Source of the DNA: Sulfurospirillum sp.
GTDB taxonomy: Bacteria; Campylobacterota; Campylobacteria; Campylobacterales; Sulfurospirillaceae
Assembly: GCA_045047115.1 (NCBI GenBank)
Contig: JASFYR010000018.1
Span: 1 to 46,619 of the forward strand
Reading direction: 5' to 3'
Length of the DNA: 46,619 bases
The notes under the pieces were generated by a model. The model saw nothing but the letters and a program-made list of their open reading frames with translations. It was not told where the DNA came from and did no database searches. Below, piece after piece: positions 42,401 through 46,619 of the stretch. Made by a program: the position numbers and the translations under genes. Numbering within the stretch: position 1 is the first letter of the stretch; every line of letters begins with the position of its first letter.

Positions 42401-42626
42401 GCCAGGTGTTGTGTGTACCTCTTGGAGCTTTGGTCACTGGGCATATTGTGCTAGAGATATTATTGTTGACGGCAAGATTATCAAGGGTGAAAAATCAAGA
42501 GAAGCCGGTATTTGCTCAAATGCTGCCTTAACAGTTGACAGTGGATTGAAAAACTCTACTCTTGAGGATATGGTTGGTGGCTCTGCAGTCTTCTATGATT
42601 CGTTTGTAGGACTCGTAAAAGCTTAG
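39444..42626 (+). CDS. Tat-exported bis-MGD molybdoenzyme catalytic subunit, TtrA/SrdA-like (1060 aa); putative arsenic oxyanion oxidoreductase
   Basis: DRRGFLK; C-X2-C-X3-C-X44-C FS0 motif; HTTVCEQSHH; VVDPRFS, ETSMFADYIFPD, SFGHW; ATG overlaps the upstream TAA. Confidence 0.9.
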   Translation: MKNEMIKNKPMDRRGFLKTSALLGGSATCLSAVEKINSDGFGRSKIDYPLNDAENVIYSVCLQCHTACPIKVKIEDGVAVKIDGNPYSIQNMNSPIPTSTDIQVGAKIDAGICPKGQAGIQTIYDPYRVVKVLKRDGKRGENKWKVIPFDQAVQEVVEGGKLFASIPGEENRVVEGLRQVRVLTDEKIAKAMAGDAMNVGKGKMSLADFKTKYAAHLDVLIDPDQPDLGPKNNQFLMLAGRMEHGRKELAKRWQRGAYGSNNFMEHTTVCEQSHHIAYKQVTSQYVDGGKWKIVTEHMKPDFRNARFVIFFGTGFVEANFGPPIMANLVTNAVTNEGCKVAVVDPRFSKSAAKAWQWVPVRPGGDAALIYGMIRWMFENNKINKEFLVNANKAAAKKAKEESWTSATHLVAYDKEGPAKKLRASDLGIGTSDQFVITIDGKPVAVNTNDKLNPVVGDLYFKGELNGIKVKSELYMVKEYAMNKSMEDWAKEAGLSVKEIVKLVREYTKYGRQAGAEMYRGPVQHTNGYFNGMAVIYLNMLVGNIDYNGGLIKGGGHYHEDGSKGGPFNLKKDLFAGKTKAFGHKITREGSYYENSSYFQKNGYPAKRPWFPHTGNVYQEAIPSMDDAYPYGVKILMTIMGTPLLSNPAAQMSMKTILNLKKTPLYIANDVAIGETSMFADYIFPDYAIWERWGTPHVPPSAVTKMSKFRQPTIEPLTDVVTVFGEKQHIGFESMLLAFAERLGLPGFGDDGFGKRVPFKRVEDWYLKLAANIAAGDHKGDDLPEADDREIEIFKKARRHMTSATYEYDRWEKACTDAGGKSWFKKTIYLLNRGVRGEDYTNYTKNVENSDKILHKFGKMFNFYCEKVANTRHSYTGKKFSGISQYNHAIDYAGKEVVGSSAYPLKSITYKPITGGQARTQAVDYWLQAIMPENTIDLNTQTALEMGFKDGDMAKIVSADNPEGVWDLGPSGKKPMIGKIRTVEGLKPGVVCTSWSFGHWAYCARDIIVDGKIIKGEKSREAGICSNAALTVDSGLKNSTLEDMVGGSAVFYDSFVGLVKA

Positions 42627-42633
42627 ATATATC

Positions 42634-42669
42634 GTGCCTGCCAATCTCTATCCTATATTTGGCAGGCAC
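42634..42669 (+). terminator. GC-rich hairpin after the catalytic subunit (stabiliser or weak terminator)
   Basis: GTGCCTGCCAA-N14-TTGGCAGGCAC, no U-tract. Confidence 0.55.
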
Positions 42670-42692
42670 ACCAGAGATACAGGAGAAGTCTT

Positions 42693-42980
42693 ATGTATAT
42701 GATGTTTATCAAGCGTTTGTTTTTTGTAGTTTTGTTGGTTTTCGCAAGTTCTGCTTCTGCATATGATTATGCTTTGTTGCCAGAGATTGTTAAAACAAAT
42801 ATCGCAAAACAGTATGAAGGTGAAGATATAAAAATCCTATCAGTGAGAAAAATGGGAGCAAAATTTAGGATTATCATAAAAACTGAATCAGGTAAGGATA
42901 AAGTCGTTGTTACTAAAAAAGGAAAGATTCTAAGTATAAGTGATTATCTAGCAGGCATGGAACCATCAGGAGGATGTTGA
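42693..42980 (+). CDS. Small secreted protein, possibly PepSY-like, ending GGC
   Basis: SD AGGAG, signal peptide ASA/Y; paralogue of the next gene (TKKGKILSI). Confidence 0.75.
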   Translation: MYMMFIKRLFFVVLLVFASSASAYDYALLPEIVKTNIAKQYEGEDIKILSVRKMGAKFRIIIKTESGKDKVVVTKKGKILSISDYLAGMEPSGGC

Positions 42981-43246
42981 AGTACATACTTGTTATTTGC
43001 ATAAGTTGCACTATAGTACTTATGGCAAATGAACAAGATATGCAAAGAGTAAAAAACAGTATCAAGATATACTTCAAAAATCAAAATATTATCTTTTTGC
43101 ATATAAAAGAGATGACAAATAAAAACTATTTTGTTATCATAAGAAACAACAATATGCAAGAAAGAATCGAAACTACCAAACATGGAAAGATTTTAAGTAT
43201 AATTGATGACTTAAGTGTGGTTGATGAAGCAGAAGAGGGGTGCTGA
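42974..43246 (+). CDS. Small secreted protein, possibly PepSY-like, ending EGC
   Basis: Signal peptide; TKHGKILSI; overlaps upstream stop. Confidence 0.72.
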   Translation: MLKYILVICISCTIVLMANEQDMQRVKNSIKIYFKNQNIIFLHIKEMTNKNYFVIIRNNNMQERIETTKHGKILSIIDDLSVVDEAEEGC

Positions 43247-43407
43247 GTGTATAAATCCATAGCAGATTAAGCAAATAGCAAATGTATTTGGAAAATAAAA
43301 AATTAGCCAACAATTCCCATTAGTATGAAATCTAAGTATTTTTTTAGATATAATAAAATTTTATATCTAAAACTAATGAAAATATTACTTTTAAGGGGCG
43401 GACTAAC

Positions 43408-44199
43408 ATGAAAAAAAAGTTATTTACAGGATTGATTTTAACAGTTATATCTTTTAGTCTGTTTGGAGCTAAAGTAACTCAAAAACAGTGCAATGTAAAA
43501 ACAGATGGAAGTTATATTTTTGCAGGCGGGGAGTGTATTCAATATGCAGTGTTTAAAGGCGATAAAAAAGGATTTCTAAATATCATAGTACACGGGACTT
43601 GGAAGGAGGGAACTAATATCTTGGCTAGATATGCTCCTTTTGCACAAACCATAAATATAAATACAGATATAACTACTTTAGCAGTTGCACTTCCAGGGTA
43701 TTCAAAATCATCTACAAACTATTTTTCGGCTTTGTCTCACGATAAAACCAAAAATCTTGCTACTGACAAAAAATATATCGAGTTTTTAGGAAAGTTAATA
43801 GAAAAACTAAAAGAAAAATACAAAGCCAAAATTGTAACCTATATCGGACATTCAGCCGGTGCCGCTATGGGAGCAACTTTGAGCGGAATGAGACCTTTGC
43901 TTGCAAATAATTATGTATTGGCCGGTGGTAAGTATAAATCTGGAAAAAAGGGAACAGTACATATATCCGAATACCTAGACAAATTAAATAAAAATACAAA
44001 ATACATCTTGGTATATGGTACAAAAGATAGGATATCGAAGCCAAAAATTACACTTGATTTTTATAAAATAGCAAAAAAACAGGGGTTAAATGTTGAGCTT
44101 GTAAGAGTTAAGGGTGCGAAACATCTAGATCTTGATATGAGCGATCCCTCTGTAGAAGCTATAACCCGTATGCTAGACAATTATAACTCCATAATGTAA
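43408..44199 (+). CDS. Secreted alpha/beta hydrolase
   Basis: Signal peptide; VHG, GHSAG nucleophile elbow, GTKD, AKH triad candidates. Confidence 0.8.
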   Translation: MKKKLFTGLILTVISFSLFGAKVTQKQCNVKTDGSYIFAGGECIQYAVFKGDKKGFLNIIVHGTWKEGTNILARYAPFAQTININTDITTLAVALPGYSKSSTNYFSALSHDKTKNLATDKKYIEFLGKLIEKLKEKYKAKIVTYIGHSAGAAMGATLSGMRPLLANNYVLAGGKYKSGKKGTVHISEYLDKLNKNTKYILVYGTKDRISKPKITLDFYKIAKKQGLNVELVRVKGAKHLDLDMSDPSVEAITRMLDNYNSIM

Positions 44200-44224
44200 T
44201 AATAACATTAATAATATTTTATAG

Positions 44225-44276
44225 TCACAATAATATTAATATATCAATATATATTGATATATTAATATTATTGTGA
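44225..44276. promoter_or_regulatory. 52-bp perfect palindrome containing a putative ArsR operator
   Basis: TCACAATAATATTAATATATCAATAT|ATATTGATATATTAATATTATTGTGA upstream of arsP. Confidence 0.75.
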
Positions 44277-44310
44277 TATACTTCGGCTACTAAAGATAAT
44301 TAGGATAATC

Positions 44311-45261
44311 ATGTGGAAAGATACAGTAGATTTTATAACAGTTAATGTCTTGGGTTTAAGTGGTCGTATAAATGATACTATCAACTTTTTTATATATGAC
44401 ACATTTAAGATTTGGTTCTTACTTATTAGTATCATATTCGTGGTTTCATATCTGAGAACGCATTTTAATACAGAGTATGTCAGAGCACATCTACAGGGAA
44501 AATCACAATTTTACGGCAATATTTTAGCTGCACTTTTTGGGATAATCACACCATTTTGCAGTTGTAGTGCCATACCTTTGTTTTTAGGTTTTATACAGGC
44601 TAGGATTCCTTTAGGGGTGACTTTTAGCTTTTTAATTTCAAGTCCTATGAATAATGAGATAGCAATAGCGCTTCTTTTTGGACTTTTTGGCTGGAAAATA
44701 ACTGCTATATATATCGGCTTTGGTCTATTTGTAGCGATATTAGGTGGATATATTATCGGTAAAATGGGCATGGAAAAATACATACTCTTAGATGTAAAAC
44801 CTATGGAAGGCGAACTAGATGAGGTCGTTATAAAGCTCACATTTAAGCAAAGAATCAAAGAAGCTTGGGCATATACGGCAGACATATTTAAAAAGATTTG
44901 GTTTTATGTTTTGATCGGTGTCGGAGTCGGTGCATTTATACATGGTTATGTGCCGGCAGATTTGATAGTGAAGTATGCCGGACCAAATAATCCGTTTGCG
45001 CCGTTAGTGGCAGTTATGGCTGGAATTCCGATGTATAGCAATGCAGCCGGTGTAATGCCTTTGATTGAAGTTCTAACTTCAAAAGGTATGGCTTTAGGAA
45101 CAGCTCTTAGTTTTATGATGGCTATAACCGCACTTAGTCTGCCTGAAGCTATGATTTTAAAAAGAATTTTACATATAAGATTGATAGGGGTCTTTTTCGG
45201 TATAGTAGGTTTAGGGATAATATGCATAGGGTATTTATTTAATTTTATATTAAGTACCTAA
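44311..45261 (+). CDS. arsP: ArsP (DUF318) permease, organoarsenical efflux family
   Basis: ITPFCSCSAIPLF, FSFLISSP, GIPMYSN, GTALSFMMAITALSLPE. Confidence 0.88.
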   Translation: MWKDTVDFITVNVLGLSGRINDTINFFIYDTFKIWFLLISIIFVVSYLRTHFNTEYVRAHLQGKSQFYGNILAALFGIITPFCSCSAIPLFLGFIQARIPLGVTFSFLISSPMNNEIAIALLFGLFGWKITAIYIGFGLFVAILGGYIIGKMGMEKYILLDVKPMEGELDEVVIKLTFKQRIKEAWAYTADIFKKIWFYVLIGVGVGAFIHGYVPADLIVKYAGPNNPFAPLVAVMAGIPMYSNAAGVMPLIEVLTSKGMALGTALSFMMAITALSLPEAMILKRILHIRLIGVFFGIVGLGIICIGYLFNFILST

Positions 45262-45321
45262 CTACAAGGAACACGCCGATAGTTGGTATTCCTTGTGTCT
45301 AAGTAATTATAGGAGATAGAC

Positions 45322-45558
45322 ATGAAAATAGAGATTTTAGGAACAGGTTGTGCAAAATGCAAAGCACTTGAAGAGGTTGTGAAACAAGCCACCGCAAAAA
45401 TCGGTGGATTTCACAGTGTTGAAAAAGTAGAAGACATTATGAAGATTATGGAATATGGAGTAGTAAGTACCCCCGGTCTTGTGGTTGATGGCAAAGTTGT
45501 TAGCACAGGAAAACTTTTAAGTGTAAATGAAGTTATAGATATATTAAAAGGCTTGTGA
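45322..45558 (+). CDS. Small redox-active disulfide protein (thioredoxin-like, usual arsP partner)
   Basis: MKIEILGTGCAKC, YGVVSTPGLVVDG. Confidence 0.9.
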   Translation: MKIEILGTGCAKCKALEEVVKQATAKIGGFHSVEKVEDIMKIMEYGVVSTPGLVVDGKVVSTGKLLSVNEVIDILKGL

Positions 45559-45559
45559 T

Positions 45560-46453
45560 ATGTCAGAACATCACCACCATGAGGTAAAAGGGAAAAATCT
45601 TTTCATAACCATCATCTTAAATATAATCATAACTTTAGCGCAGATTACAGGTGGCATTATGTCTGGTTCACTTGCGCTTTTGAGTGATGCTATGCATAAT
45701 TTTAGTGATGTTTTAGCTTTGCTTATAGCATGGTGGGCAGCCAAACTCTCAAGCAGACCAAAAAGCGAACAAAAAACTTTCGGATACAAAAGAGCCCAGA
45801 TTATAGCTGCACTTTTTAACTCTTCAGCACTGTTTGGGATAGCTATATTTCTAATTATAGAGGCTATAAACAAGCTAATGAATCCTCATACTATAGACTC
45901 TTTGTTAGTCATATGGTTGGGAGTTTTAAGTATAGTATTGAATTTTGCCAGTGTCTTGCTTATTAAGGATGATGTCCATGACAATATGAATATGAAAGCT
46001 GCATACCTACATCTTTTGACAGATGTTATGACAAGTGTTGCTGTGGTGGTTGGTGGAATTTTGATGTTTTATTTTAATCTCTTTTGGATAGATTCGTTAG
46101 TTACGATTTTGATAGCTATATATCTTTTGAGTGCTTCATATTCTTTGATAAAACAGTCCATAGAGATACTTATGCAAAGTGCGCCAAACAGTGTTGACAT
46201 GGATAAGCTAAAAAGTGAAGTAGAAAATATAAAAGAGATAAAAAACATACATCACCTTCACTTATGGAGGCTTGATGACCACGATATACATCTTGAAGCC
46301 CATGTAGACTTTGAAGAAAATCTAAATCTAAGAGATGTCACAAAAACAGTAGACAAAGTGATCTTATACTTGAAAGAGAAGTATCATATAGCCCATATAA
46401 CTCTACAAGCAGAGTATGATAAAGATGACGATAAAGAGCTGTTTTGCTCTTAA
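45560..46453 (+). CDS. czcD: Cation diffusion facilitator (CzcD/ZitB-like)
   Basis: His-rich N-terminus, SLALLSDAMHNFSD, TFGYKR, NMKAAYLHLLTD, HHLHLW, HITLQ. Confidence 0.9.
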   Translation: MSEHHHHEVKGKNLFITIILNIIITLAQITGGIMSGSLALLSDAMHNFSDVLALLIAWWAAKLSSRPKSEQKTFGYKRAQIIAALFNSSALFGIAIFLIIEAINKLMNPHTIDSLLVIWLGVLSIVLNFASVLLIKDDVHDNMNMKAAYLHLLTDVMTSVAVVVGGILMFYFNLFWIDSLVTILIAIYLLSASYSLIKQSIEILMQSAPNSVDMDKLKSEVENIKEIKNIHHLHLWRLDDHDIHLEAHVDFEENLNLRDVTKTVDKVILYLKEKYHIAHITLQAEYDKDDDKELFCS

Positions 46454-46494
46454 ATTAGTAGTAAAAGTTTATAAGTAATTAAGAATTAAAGTTT

Positions 46495-46518
46495 TATAAT
46501 TAACTATCTAGTCGGTTA
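46495..46518 (+). promoter_or_regulatory. -10 box and putative TetR autoregulatory operator
   Basis: TATAAT 46495-46500 followed by the imperfect palindrome TAACTATCTAGTCGGTTA. Confidence 0.5.
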
Positions 46519-46532
46519 GTAAGGAGAAAAAC

Positions 46533-46619
46533 ATGACAAAGCCCATAAAAAGAAGAAATGCCCAAAAGTCAAAAAGGCTTATATTGGAAAGTGCAACCAA
46601 ACTTTTTTCAGAAAAAGGA
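46533..46619 (+). CDS. TetR/AcrR family regulator (5' part, truncated by window end)
   Basis: SD AAGGAG; MTKPIKRRNAQKSKRLILESATKLFSEKG. Confidence 0.8.
   Translation, partial: MTKPIKRRNAQKSKRLILESATKLFSEKG

Noticed and set aside
39444..42626. Calling the enzyme canonical ArrA, ArxA or AioA
   Set aside because: Length, 44-residue FS0 spacer, B-C-A order, Tat signal on B and absence of a Rieske subunit fit the Ttr/Srd clade; the substrate cannot be fixed from sequence, so no gene symbol was given.
42969..43270. Selenocysteine read-through of the two Cys-TGA ends (GCU motif)
   Set aside because: The first TGA is explained by overlap with the next gene's start, read-through adds only 7 unrelated residues in each case, and no convincing SECIS hairpin follows.
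1..46619. CRISPR array, IS element, prophage, rRNA
   Set aside because: No regularly spaced repeats, transposase, integrase, phage genes or rRNA-like sequence were recognised; the intergenic gaps are too short.

Overview
AT-rich bacterial chromosome segment, most likely Campylobacterota, judged from protein style, TATAAT/TGnTATAAT promoters and the TTGGAACA-N4-TTGC sigma-54 box. No search was run, so all family calls rest on motif recognition. Positions 1-31.1 kb are mostly core genes: thrS-infC-rpmI-rplT, tRNA-Val(GAC), panE-lspA-glmM, rpsT-prfA, dapF-coaE, purM, nhaA, a divergent NfnAB-type flavoprotein pair, an MlaEFD/PqiC ABC system, two two-component loci, c-type cytochromes, cyclophilin, glnB and desulforubrerythrin. 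Positions 31.2-46.5 kb form a coherent arsenic island. In it, arsR-arsC-arsB and arsP-thioredoxin-like-CDF units, each preceded by nearly the same palindromic operator, bracket an AioXSR/ArxXSR/ArrTSR-like sensing module. That module is divergent from a sigma-54 promoter in front of a Tat-exported molybdoenzyme operon in ttrB-ttrC-ttrA order, which does not look like canonical Arr, Arx or Aio. Two small secreted paralogues ending in Gly-Cys follow it. The best candidate for an undescribed system is this putatively arsenic-inducible, tetrathionate-reductase-like respiratory enzyme. No CRISPR array, rRNA, transposase or integrase was seen.
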